From positions 1 through 18,056 of the forward strand of contig JBEQAF010000040.1 of assembly GCA_041640455.1 (NCBI GenBank): DNA of 18,056 nucleotides, given 5' to 3'. The DNA comes from a bacterium. Its GTDB lineage: Bacteria > CALINM01. Within the stretch, counting starts at the first letter, position 1; every line of letters begins with the position of its first letter. The position numbers and the translations under genes are program-made. The notes below the pieces were generated by a model that was not told the DNA's origin, did no database searches, and worked only from the letters and a program-made list of their open reading frames with translations. Positions 1 through 8,486 of the stretch are shown piece by piece.

Positions 1-230
1 GCCAGTCTATGCCTTCTGACAACATTTTCGCCTTTCAGAGTCCCCTCTTCTGTCAGATTAACCCCTTCATCTGCGAGATTTATCATATTCTTTTCCATAA
101 GCTCCTTTATCTCTTCCGAATCTCTTTCTACGCCAAGTCTGCTGAAAGAAAGGCTATCCATATTGCGCTCTTTTTTGGCAATCCAGAGCATCTCCAGTAT
201 CTCTTCAAGCTTTTCAGATAAACTGCTCAT
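1..230 (-). CDS. DtxR/MntR-family metal-dependent transcriptional regulator, N-terminal part (runs off the window edge)
   Basis: Not in the ORF track. Manual translation from ATG at 230: MSSLSEKLEEILEMLWIAKKERNMDSLSFSRLGVERDSEEIKELMEKNMINLADEGVNLTEEGTLKGENVVRRHRL..., with the LTxxG...VVRRHRL DtxR-family signature. AGGAGG lies just upstream, at the end of the preceding gene. Located downstream of feoB. Confidence 0.85.
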   Translation of the reverse strand, partial: MSSLSEKLEEILEMLWIAKKERNMDSLSFSRLGVERDSEEIKELMEKNMINLADEGVNLTEEGTLKGENVVRRHRL

Positions 231-233
231 TGG

Positions 234-416
234 CTACTCCTCCTTTTTCAAAAGGCTCTTTAAAAAACCCTTCTTCTTTTTTGTTTTTTCAGGCAAAAAT
301 TCATATCCACAGTTAGTGCACTTTACAAGACCACAGTTTTTTACCCCACAACCGGCACAACCTGATTTTGAGCTCTCCTCATCAAAAACATTTCCACAAA
401 GAGGACATTTTGTCAT
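234..416 (-). CDS. Small Cys-rich (Zn-ribbon/Fe-S) protein associated with feoB
   Basis: 60 aa with 7 Cys (CPLC...CAGC...C...CTNC). GAGGGA SD-like sequence upstream. Sits between feoB and the DtxR gene with 15 nt and 3 nt gaps. Confidence 0.75.
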   Translation of the reverse strand: MTKCPLCGNVFDEESSKSGCAGCGVKNCGLVKCTNCGYEFLPEKTKKKKGFLKSLLKKEE

Positions 417-431
417 AAAAATTCCCTCTAA

Positions 432-2384
432 TTAAAGTTTAATGTTAAATACCGTCAAAAACAAATGTATTAGATAGCCCACAAAGATTGAAAATGTTAA
501 AACAAAGCCGGCAATTCTTAGCCCTGTTTTCAAACCTCTCTCTTTGATGGTCATTATAAACTGGGCTATGCAGGGAAGAAAAAGGGTAAGCATAACTGCC
601 ATTATTAGCATCTCATTGTTGTTAAAAACACCCTGCTTATGGAAGTCATATAGCCCTGCAGCTCCATAATCTCTTCTGAAAAAACCAAAAAGGAATATTT
701 TTGCTGCCTCGGCGGGCAGTCCTATCAGACTTATGGGATAGGCAATTATCTTTATCAGCCAGTCAAAGATGCCTGTAACCCTGCCTATCCAGATAAAAAA
801 ACTGGCATAGATAAAAAGAGGCATAACCTCCTTAAAATACCAGATGAGTCTTGTATAGGTTTTCATAAAAATGTTGCTGATTCTGGGAATTCTTACCGGT
901 GGGATCTCTACAAAAAATATGTTTTTCTCACCCTTTATAATCTTTCCGGAAAGATATCCCACTAAAATAAATACGAGGGAGATTATAAAAACCCAGCTTA
1001 ATAAAAGCCCTGTACTGTGACTTAAAACGGCAAGCATAACACCGAGCTGGGCAGAACAGGGTATGGCAAGAGAAAGCAGAATAGTGGCGATAACCCGCTC
1101 TTTTCTTGTGTTGAGAGTCCTTGTAACCATGGTTGCCATAGTATCACAGCCAAGACCTAACACCAATGGGATAACTGCCTTACCTGTGAGCCCTATCTTT
1201 TTCAAAAATCTATCAGTTAAAAGAGCAAGTCTTGGCAGATATCCGCTGTCTTCAATTATAGAAAAAAACAGAAAAAAGGAGGTCACAATGGGAAAAATAA
1301 TCGCTATGGCATATTTTATACCAAGTGTTATTACCCCGTAATCTCTAATAAGAAGCTCCTTGATGAGCTCATAGGGTATATTTTTTTCAATAAAATTAAT
1401 AACATTTGGCAATAGCAGGTTTTCAAACAGCTCTTCCTCAATGAGATCCACAAGCGTACCAGCTCCAAATTCACCCACAAACTTATAAAGCCCGAAATAT
1501 AAAACCATTAAAAGTATGGGATAACCAAATAGGGGATGAACGGTTATCTGACTGATAAATCTTACAGTTCTGCTCTCCTCCTTTTGTTCCTTAATGCTGA
1601 TAAATCTTTTACAGATATCGTAGCTTAAAAGCTGTCTTTCCTGAGCAAGGATGTAATCTATTGATGCTTTGTAAAAGGTGGATAACTCCCTTCTGATATT
1701 CTCAATCTTATCTACAATATCTTTGCCTTCCTTTTCAAGTACATAGTTGTAAACATCAAAATCGCTCTGCAGTAATAGCACCGAGACCAGCCTCTTTGAG
1801 ATGGCATAGGAGGATTTCAAAAAGCCCGATACTTGCTCAATGGCATTATTAATCTCCTCATCATAGGGTATCTGAAACTCTTTATTAGCTCTATATGAGA
1901 TAATGTTTTCAAGTATATCCTTTATTCCCTCTTTTTTTATGGAGACCGCAGGGATTACAGGTACTGAAAGCAGTTTTGAAAGCCCGTTAAAATCTATATT
2001 AATGCCTTTTCTTTTTGCCTCATCCATCATATTTAAAACAACGATAACATTAAGCCCTGTCTCTATGAGTTGCAAAGTAAGCGGGAGCATTCTCTCAATA
2101 TTTTTTGCATCAAGTACATTAACGATAACATCCGCATCTCCCTTAAAAATAATATTTCTTGCCACCTTCTCTTCCTCTGAAATAGGTAGCATGGAGTACA
2201 TACCGGGCGTATCTATAATGTTAAGAGCCTTTCCTTTATAGCTAATGGTGCCTTCGGTTATTTCAACAGTGGTACCAGGATAGTTGGATACTGTAACATA
2301 TTTACCGGTAAGGGCATTAAAAAGTGCACTTTTGCCTACATTTGGATTACCAACAAGCAAAATTTTTAATCTGTCTTTTTCCAT
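432..2384 (-). CDS. feoB: Ferrous iron transporter FeoB (650 aa)
   Basis: GTPase motifs GNPNVGKS, NYPGTTV, DTPG, NMMD, then a polytopic membrane domain with GLGCD, IPCSAQ, EIPP and LPCIA. Start moved from 2417 to ATG 2384 because GAGGAG precedes it and the 2417 ATG lies inside the -10 box. Confidence 0.96.
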   Translation of the reverse strand: MEKDRLKILLVGNPNVGKSALFNALTGKYVTVSNYPGTTVEITEGTISYKGKALNIIDTPGMYSMLPISEEEKVARNIIFKGDADVIVNVLDAKNIERMLPLTLQLIETGLNVIVVLNMMDEAKRKGINIDFNGLSKLLSVPVIPAVSIKKEGIKDILENIISYRANKEFQIPYDEEINNAIEQVSGFLKSSYAISKRLVSVLLLQSDFDVYNYVLEKEGKDIVDKIENIRRELSTFYKASIDYILAQERQLLSYDICKRFISIKEQKEESRTVRFISQITVHPLFGYPILLMVLYFGLYKFVGEFGAGTLVDLIEEELFENLLLPNVINFIEKNIPYELIKELLIRDYGVITLGIKYAIAIIFPIVTSFFLFFSIIEDSGYLPRLALLTDRFLKKIGLTGKAVIPLVLGLGCDTMATMVTRTLNTRKERVIATILLSLAIPCSAQLGVMLAVLSHSTGLLLSWVFIISLVFILVGYLSGKIIKGEKNIFFVEIPPVRIPRISNIFMKTYTRLIWYFKEVMPLFIYASFFIWIGRVTGIFDWLIKIIAYPISLIGLPAEAAKIFLFGFFRRDYGAAGLYDFHKQGVFNNNEMLIMAVMLTLFLPCIAQFIMTIKERGLKTGLRIAGFVLTFSIFVGYLIHLFLTVFNIKL

Positions 2385-2402
2385 TATCTCCTCGTTATTA
2401 AT

Positions 2403-2421
2403 GATAATGATTTTCATTATA
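2403..2421. promoter_or_regulatory. Fur box
   Basis: GATAATGATTTTCATTATA matches the Fur consensus GATAATGATAATCATTATC at 16/19 and overlaps the feoB -10/+1 region. Confidence 0.85.
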
Positions 2422-2443
2422 TATGAAAATAACTTTATGTCAA
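2416..2443 (-). promoter_or_regulatory. sigma70-type promoter of the feoB operon
   Basis: Minus strand reads TTGACA (2443-2438), 16 nt spacer, TATAAT (2421-2416); both hexamers are perfect consensus. Confidence 0.8.
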
Positions 2444-2505
2444 GTAATAAATTAATAGAAAAAAAGTTTCTGTTTTTTTACATTTTATAATAAAATTTAT
2501 TGAAA

Positions 2506-3417
2506 ATGAAACTGCCCGATGGTTTATTTAAAGTAATTCTTGACAACATTAATGATGCTGTTTATTTCGTTGACAGAGAGAGGCGTATTCTCTACTGGAA
2601 CAAGGCGGCTGAAAATATTTCAGGATTTAAAAGCGAAGAGGTTGTGGGTAAAAAATGCAGTGACAATATCCTTCAGCATATAGATGAAAAAGGAAATATC
2701 CTGTGTTTAAATGGTTGTCCCCTCACCTACAGCATGGCGCACGATACAAACACGGTGGCAAAAGTATTTATGCATCATAAGGATGGACACAGAATTCCTG
2801 TAGTAGTCAAAGCAACCCCCATTAAAGATAGTTCAGGTAGAATTGTAGGTGCCGCAGAGGTGTTTTATGATAACTCACAGGTAATTAACCTCAGGGAAAA
2901 GATAGATGCCCTTGAAGAGCTGGTAATGCTTGATGAGCTGACCAAACTTCCCAATAGAAGATTTATTGAGTTAAATGTTAAGTCAAAAATATCTGAGGTA
3001 AAAAGGTATAACAGGCTATTCTGTATTATATTTCTTGACCTTGATAATTTTAAATCAATCAACGATACATATGGTCATCTGGTGGGTGATCAAATATTAA
3101 GAATGGTAGCTACAACCGTTAAGCTTAATCTCAGATATTTCGATCTGGTAGGCAGGCTAAGCGGCGATGAGTTTATTATAGTTGCGGAGATTCCAGCCAA
3201 AGAAAAAGCTCGTGAGCTTGCAGAGAAGATACTTACTTTGATAAAGTCTTCCTTCCTGGTTATTGAAAATGAACGAGTAAGTGTTGGAGCATCTCTTGGA
3301 GTTTATATACTTAAACCTTCTGATACTTATAAATCAGCTATAGAAAAGGCTGACAGGCTTATGTATGTAAGTAAAAAATCTGGCAAAAATATCATTACAT
3401 ACGAAGAAGATATCTAA
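2506..3417 (+). CDS. PAS-domain diguanylate cyclase
   Basis: N-terminal PAS (DAVYFVD...YWNKAAENISGFKSEEVVG). GGDEF domain with DELTKLPNRR, DLDNFKSINDTYGH, RYFD I-site and SGDEF active site. Start is ATG 2506 or TTG 2500. Confidence 0.93.
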   Translation: MKLPDGLFKVILDNINDAVYFVDRERRILYWNKAAENISGFKSEEVVGKKCSDNILQHIDEKGNILCLNGCPLTYSMAHDTNTVAKVFMHHKDGHRIPVVVKATPIKDSSGRIVGAAEVFYDNSQVINLREKIDALEELVMLDELTKLPNRRFIELNVKSKISEVKRYNRLFCIIFLDLDNFKSINDTYGHLVGDQILRMVATTVKLNLRYFDLVGRLSGDEFIIVAEIPAKEKARELAEKILTLIKSSFLVIENERVSVGASLGVYILKPSDTYKSAIEKADRLMYVSKKSGKNIITYEEDI

Positions 3418-3423
3418 ATTTAT

Positions 3424-3440
3424 CTGGCATTTTATTTGCT
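3424..3440 (+). promoter_or_regulatory. Putative sigma54 (RpoN) -24/-12 promoter heading the cluster
   Basis: CTGGCATTTTATTTGCT: GG(3426-27)-N10-GC(3438-39), fits YTGGCAY-N5-TTGCW. Lies in the short gap before the first cluster gene. Confidence 0.7.
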
Positions 3441-3453
3441 TTAAACCTTGACT

Positions 3454-4350
3454 GTGAGAAAATCTTTCCTGTTTATAGTTATGCTTTTCGCTTTTTCCTG
3501 CAAACAATCAATTACGATTAACAAAGACTATCTGCCCATAAAGGAATCAGAAGTCTACAGCAATGAGTACTATCAGTTCGTTGCAAGAGGTGGAGAAAGA
3601 CATTTAAGCCAGATAGACTGGGGAGAAGAAAGTATTCCAACCTCTTCAAAATCCTGTCATCATGGCGGGGAGCTAATACCACCACTTAAGGGTTTTATTC
3701 AGGCAAGACATGACAATAAAAATGTTTATATTAAAATCAGCTGGAATGACCTTACAAAGGATAACAAAAGCTCTGTCTGGAAAGGGAACAGGCTTATTGA
3801 AGGCAAAGATGATGGTCTATCAATTATTTTTTCACAAAATCCTGCCTTTAACTGTGCCCTAACATGTCACATGTCCAATTGGGAGATAGAGAGCGGAAGA
3901 TTTGTTTCAGATTACAGAATGTATAACGATAAGGAAGATAATAGCATACTGCTGATTAGACCGGCAAAAACTGGTGGGAAAGCCATTTTTGGCATACTTG
4001 GCATAGATGGAAAGAAAAACCCTCATGGGTCAGACTTTTTTATTATTAACTCAAAAATCGTAGAGAAAAAAAAGAGCTCCTTTTATCTCTACCAGATTGC
4101 AGGTAAAGACAATGATGTACCTCTCTATGAAGATCACCTTCTTTTTATCCCAAGCAAAGATAACGTGTATCTTGATAGCGAGATGAGATACAGACTCAAC
4201 GAGTGGACTGTTTACATGGCGATCCCGCTCAGTTTTTTAGGATTAAAAGAGATTAAAAAAAATGATAAAATATATATGTCTATTGCCATATTTGATGGAA
4301 CACAGATAAATCACAGTATAACCAATACTTTTCTGGCAAAATTTGAGTGA
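3454..4350 (+). CDS. Lipoprotein with probable heme-binding DOMON/ethylbenzene dehydrogenase gamma-like domain
   Basis: Signal peptide and lipobox (RKSFLFIVMLFAFS-C) from GTG 3454 (TTG 3448 also possible). Segments QARHDNKNVYIKISWND, DDGLSIIF and SIAIFDG resemble the DOMON-like fold. Carries SCHH and CALTCH motifs. Confidence 0.6.
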   Translation: MRKSFLFIVMLFAFSCKQSITINKDYLPIKESEVYSNEYYQFVARGGERHLSQIDWGEESIPTSSKSCHHGGELIPPLKGFIQARHDNKNVYIKISWNDLTKDNKSSVWKGNRLIEGKDDGLSIIFSQNPAFNCALTCHMSNWEIESGRFVSDYRMYNDKEDNSILLIRPAKTGGKAIFGILGIDGKKNPHGSDFFIINSKIVEKKKSSFYLYQIAGKDNDVPLYEDHLLFIPSKDNVYLDSEMRYRLNEWTVYMAIPLSFLGLKEIKKNDKIYMSIAIFDGTQINHSITNTFLAKFE

Positions 4351-4357
4351 GGTGGTT

Positions 4358-5107
4358 ATGAAAAAATCTCTGGTTAAAATTTTTGTTGTTTTTATTATTG
4401 TTATATCCTCTCTGATCGGATCATCATGCGAAAAGAGAAAGGAAAAAGCAGGCATAAAAGGGGTTATCTATAAACCTCTACCTAAAATGTATGTTTATGT
4501 TTATAAGGAGGGGATGGATTTTAAAGGGCCTGCTTTCGCGGATGCTCAGACTGATGAAGAGGGTAATTTCTCTATAAGTCTTCCTCCGGGAAAATATTTT
4601 CTTGTGGCAAGGATGAGGAAAACAGGCGAGGTAGCTGGACCTGTTGAAGTGGGAGACCTGAAAAGCGATATAATCGGACCGGTAGTGGTAGGAGAAGATG
4701 GTAAGATTGTTGAAAAAAATATTAAGGTTTACGAAAAGATCGGAGAAACAAAAGACATAGCTCTTGCCAATCCTGACCTTTCTAAAAAAACAGGTATTGA
4801 AGGGCGCATACTGGATGCTGACGGCAAGCCTGTAGTTAATGCAAGGGTTCATGTGTATGACCATATTCAGATGTCTGAGAGACCAAAGTTTGTTTCAAGC
4901 CCCACAGGACCTGACGGCAAATATATTGTTTATCTTCCCAGAGGCGGCACTTATTATCTGGCAGCAAGAGATAAATTTGGTGGACCACCCAAGGTGGGCG
5001 ACCTTTATGGTAGATACGATAAGGGTACCATAGAGCCTTCTGGTGTTGTGGTAAGAGATAACGAGATTATTAAAAATATAGATATTATCGTTCATAAGGT
5101 CTGGTAG
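4358..5107 (+). CDS. Exported lipoprotein with two tandem carboxypeptidase-regulatory-like (beta-sandwich) domains
   Basis: ATG 4358 preceded by GAGGTGG; lipobox IGSS-C. Internal duplication: GIKG..VYVY..TDEEGNFSISLPPGKYFLVAR..GPVEVGDL versus GIEG..VHVY..TGPDGKYIVYLPRGGTYYLAAR..GPPKVGDL. Confidence 0.75.
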   Translation: MKKSLVKIFVVFIIVISSLIGSSCEKRKEKAGIKGVIYKPLPKMYVYVYKEGMDFKGPAFADAQTDEEGNFSISLPPGKYFLVARMRKTGEVAGPVEVGDLKSDIIGPVVVGEDGKIVEKNIKVYEKIGETKDIALANPDLSKKTGIEGRILDADGKPVVNARVHVYDHIQMSERPKFVSSPTGPDGKYIVYLPRGGTYYLAARDKFGGPPKVGDLYGRYDKGTIEPSGVVVRDNEIIKNIDIIVHKVW

Positions 5108-5109
5108 CT

Positions 5110-6024
5110 ATGAAACGAGTTATTGGATTATACATTTTAATGAGTCTTCTCCTCTTTTCCTGCTCTCCCAAGGTTTCTCAGATTGACAGCTATATTGAGA
5201 ATGCAAAAAAGGGTGATGTTAAAGCCATTAAAAATCTGACAAAACTACTTGAGCACCCAGAAGAAGATATAAAGGTTAAGGCTTATGGTGGGCTTATAAT
5301 GGTACCACCTGAGAAAAGAGACTTACTCACAGCCCTTGTTTTTAAAAGACTATCTCAGGAAAAAGACGTATTAACTAAAGAGTTTCTTATAGCTCTATCA
5401 GGAAAGCTGAAGATTAAGGAGGCTATCCCTCTGCTGGTAAATATTGCGAAGGAAAAGAGTTACCCAAGAAGATATGTTGTTTACTTTGCATTGGGCGAGA
5501 TAGGCGATATATCTGCCCTTGAAACGGTTATTCAGGGTCTTAAAGATGAAAAGCCCGATGTTCAGAAATACGCATCAAGAGCAATAATAAAATTAGGTCC
5601 AAAGGCGCTACCTAAAATATTTGAAATCTTTTCTCAACAGGATGTTAATACTCAGGGATATCTGATACGGGCGATGGGAGAGATTAGAGATAGCTCTTCT
5701 GAGGATCTCCTTATATCACATATTAATTCTGAGAACAGGCTGGATGTTATCTGGGCATTGGGCAAGCTCGGGACAAAAAAGTCCCTCCCCTATCTGATAG
5801 AACAGCTGAAAAGCTCAGACTATCAGGTACGGGTAAGAGCAGCTCATGCACTGGGAGACCTTAATCAACCAGAAGCAATCTCTGAACTAAAAAAGGCTCT
5901 CTCTGATAAAGAGGTGGTGGTAAGAGAATGGGCAGCAAGATCTCTGGAAGTTTTAACTGGCGAGAGGACATATTATATCGATGAAACAGGCAAACCTGCT
6001 TTACCATATAGTCTCTATCATTAG
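5110..6024 (+). CDS. HEAT/PBS-lyase repeat lipoprotein
   Basis: Lipobox LLFS-C; repeated units ALGEIG, AMGEIR, ALGKLG, VRVRAAHALGDL, VREWAARSL. Confidence 0.85.
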   Translation: MKRVIGLYILMSLLLFSCSPKVSQIDSYIENAKKGDVKAIKNLTKLLEHPEEDIKVKAYGGLIMVPPEKRDLLTALVFKRLSQEKDVLTKEFLIALSGKLKIKEAIPLLVNIAKEKSYPRRYVVYFALGEIGDISALETVIQGLKDEKPDVQKYASRAIIKLGPKALPKIFEIFSQQDVNTQGYLIRAMGEIRDSSSEDLLISHINSENRLDVIWALGKLGTKKSLPYLIEQLKSSDYQVRVRAAHALGDLNQPEAISELKKALSDKEVVVREWAARSLEVLTGERTYYIDETGKPALPYSLYH

Positions 6025-7252
6025 AAAAGCTTTACTTTTTTTTACATTTTTTCTGATAATAAACGGACTGGGTATATACTCTGAAGACGGTGCCAGAGCC
6101 CTCTTTATGTACTCAAATCTGACCAGTTTCTCTTTCTGGGTGTTGTTTCTTATGGGCTCCATATTGCTTATATTTATTGGCAGAGTTTTCTGCGCCATCT
6201 GTCCTATAGGTGAGTTTAACTATCTGTTTTCAAAGATAGGACTGAAAAGAAAGCTGAATATTAATCTTAATCTCTTTCAGTCTGTAATTTTATTTATCAT
6301 CTTCTTTCTGGTTATCAGCTTTAATATGTCCAGACATCCTCACTACACCTCTTTAATTATCATTGGTGCTGTTCTGGCAGCAATCATTTTTGGTTTAATA
6401 TTTAAAGGCAATAGTTTCTGCATGACCATCTGTCCTGCCAATGCCTTTCTAAGGTTTTATGGCATATTCTCAGCTCTAAAAGTTACTTGTAAGTCAAAAG
6501 ATTTTAGCTTTTCTGAATGTCCTGTTTTTCTAAACCCCTGTGATGTGAAAAAAAAAGATTGCCACTTATGCCTGAGATGTTTCAAAAATAGTGAAGGGCT
6601 GACTCTTAAACTTGAAAACCCATTTAAAAATATCACACTTCCCCAGTTTAGCTTTAATGACTTAATCTGTTTTTCTATTCTAAGTGGCATATCTTTTATG
6701 GCATTCATCAGGGTTGTAAGAGAAATAAGAGAGATATTCGTTTTCATACCAGTTAAAATTAATGAGTTTCTTGACCTCCCCGGGAGTTTTATACTGTCAA
6801 AGACTATATTTTTTGGTGTGTTTGTCTATCCTACCCTTTTTTTCTTTCTTACAGCCTTTATCTTAAAGCTTTTCGCAGGCAGACCTTTTATGCAGATTTT
6901 AAATAAATATACACCCTTTTTTATCTTTTCAACCTTTTCGGTTCATCTGATTCTTGCCATGGTAAAGATAAACTCCCGCCTTTCCTTTCTACCCTATGCC
7001 CTTTTTGAACCGTCGGGGAAGGATGTGGTAGCCCTTAGAATGAGCTACAGCTTTGATATACCTGGTGATATTATCCCCATTAACTACCTTAGAGTTATAC
7101 TGCTTATAGTGCCTATAATTTTTTATCTGGCAGGATTTTATAAGATTTTACGGGAGGAGAAAAAGATTGCACTTCCTCTATTTTTAATTTTTACTTCCCT
7201 GTTTGTTTTTATTGAAAAAATCATTATAATGTGGCTTTTCAGAGGGATATGA
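5981..7252 (+). CDS. Polytopic membrane 4Fe-4S-binding protein (NapH/NosR/RdxA-like)
   Basis: Many hydrophobic helices; GRVFCAICP and FCMTICP motifs, plus CPVFLNPC and CHLCLRC. Exact start uncertain (44 nt overlap with the upstream gene). Confidence 0.8.
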   Translation: MKQANLLYHIVSIIRKALLFFTFFLIINGLGIYSEDGARALFMYSNLTSFSFWVLFLMGSILLIFIGRVFCAICPIGEFNYLFSKIGLKRKLNINLNLFQSVILFIIFFLVISFNMSRHPHYTSLIIIGAVLAAIIFGLIFKGNSFCMTICPANAFLRFYGIFSALKVTCKSKDFSFSECPVFLNPCDVKKKDCHLCLRCFKNSEGLTLKLENPFKNITLPQFSFNDLICFSILSGISFMAFIRVVREIREIFVFIPVKINEFLDLPGSFILSKTIFFGVFVYPTLFFFLTAFILKLFAGRPFMQILNKYTPFFIFSTFSVHLILAMVKINSRLSFLPYALFEPSGKDVVALRMSYSFDIPGDIIPINYLRVILLIVPIIFYLAGFYKILREEKKIALPLFLIFTSLFVFIEKIIIMWLFRGI

Positions 7253-7725
7253 AGAGATTATTTTTAACAATACTAATTCTTTTAATCCATGCTTCAGTCT
7301 CCTACAGCTGTTTCGGACCCGAGCTTTTTGTGGCTTATGAGAAAAATAACCAGTCATCCTACAATCTTGCCAATCTTCTTGATATCTATATAAGGGAGAA
7401 GACAGGTATTAATGTATCTCTTAAGGAGATTACAAAAGATAATCTCCCTTCGCTAATTAAAAAAGAAGCCGTTGATATTATTGTTTTTGATGCACCTTCA
7501 GAAAATACTACTGTCTTTAAATTCGGCTCAGAAAAAAAGATCATCATTCGGTACAGGACAAAGATTGAAGAGGATTTGAGGTTTAAAAGCCTTATTGAAG
7601 CCCTTACAAAACTATCTAATCTTATTAGCAATAAAGACCTGAACGAGCTCTCAATTCTCATTGAAAAAAAAGGAAAAATTAAACGGACCATAAAAGAGTT
7701 TCTTATTGAGAAAGCCCTATGGTAG
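7249..7725 (+). CDS. Exported protein of unknown function, possibly a periplasmic-binding-protein-like half domain
   Basis: ATG 7249 forms an ATGA overlap with the upstream stop, with AGAGGG before it. Signal peptide MKRLFLTILILLIHASVSYS, then Cys. LLDIYIREKTGINV resembles SBP N-terminal segments. Confidence 0.65.
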   Translation: MKRLFLTILILLIHASVSYSCFGPELFVAYEKNNQSSYNLANLLDIYIREKTGINVSLKEITKDNLPSLIKKEAVDIIVFDAPSENTTVFKFGSEKKIIIRYRTKIEEDLRFKSLIEALTKLSNLISNKDLNELSILIEKKGKIKRTIKEFLIEKALW

Positions 7726-8486
7726 TATTTTTAATTTTCCTATCCTTTTTTATTACCTCCTGCACCAAAACCATGTCCCATTTAAATAATCAGCCAGAAG
7801 AGCTTGTTTTATCAGGTATTGTAAAAGAAGATATGATTCTGCAAGGAAAAATTATCATAGAAAAGGATCTGCTTATAAAAAAGGGTGTTACCGTGACCAT
7901 CAAAGAGGGATCAGTGGTTTATATCCAGAGCGCTGATGTTTCAAGAACTGAGCCAGTATTTCTTATGCCTGAAACGGAGATTGTGGTGGAAGGTAGCTTA
8001 AACATTGATGGCAGTCCAACAAATCCCGTAATTTTTAAATCTTCTGAAAAAAATGAATATTGGGGTGGGATTATTATAAATGGAGGAAGGCTTTCGGGTA
8101 GATATTTTCATATTTCTTATGCTTACAACGGTCTCGCAATATTAAGCGGCGATGCAGAGATAAAAAATATAAGTTTAACCGACAACAGGATAGGTATAGT
8201 CTCAGATTCAGGAAAGACAAATATTGAAGATCTGCTGGCAGTTTCAAACGAGGTTGGTATGATTAACAATAACTTGCGGCTCTCAATTGCCCATAGCCGA
8301 TTTGAAAAAAACGAAGAAGCCATTATTTTTAAAAACTGTCCAGAAAAAATATTAAATCTTTCAGTAACTACAAACCATTATGGCATTATTACAAACCAGT
8401 CCTGCATAAATCATAACTTTTTAAACCTTATAAGCTATGAAAACAAGAATAATCTTATTGTTACTAACCTACCTTCTATCCCTTAG
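7719..8486 (+). CDS. Right-handed parallel beta-helix lipoprotein (paralogue 1)
   Basis: Lipobox FITS-C; GVTVTIKEGS..EIVVEGSL..G...PVIFKS..WGGI N-terminal module, then NxxGI-type repeats. Confidence 0.75.
   Translation: MVVFLIFLSFFITSCTKTMSHLNNQPEELVLSGIVKEDMILQGKIIIEKDLLIKKGVTVTIKEGSVVYIQSADVSRTEPVFLMPETEIVVEGSLNIDGSPTNPVIFKSSEKNEYWGGIIINGGRLSGRYFHISYAYNGLAILSGDAEIKNISLTDNRIGIVSDSGKTNIEDLLAVSNEVGMINNNLRLSIAHSRFEKNEEAIIFKNCPEKILNLSVTTNHYGIITNQSCINHNFLNLISYENKNNLIVTNLPSIP

Noticed and set aside
9..435. Plus-strand ORFs 9-221 and 163-435
   Set aside because: Antisense shadows of the DtxR-like and Cys-rich genes, which have recognisable motifs.
2385..2417. Longer FeoB N-terminus (MKIIIINNEEI) from the ORF track
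   Set aside because: That ATG lies within the -10 box and Fur site; the SD supports ATG 2384.
2486..2491. TATAAT upstream of the diguanylate cyclase
   Set aside because: Plausible -10, but no -35 or extended -10, and the context is very AT-rich; not enough to call.
4358..5107. Carboxypeptidase-regulatory-like protein as the leader peptidase
   Set aside because: This domain is non-catalytic and no peptidase motif is visible.
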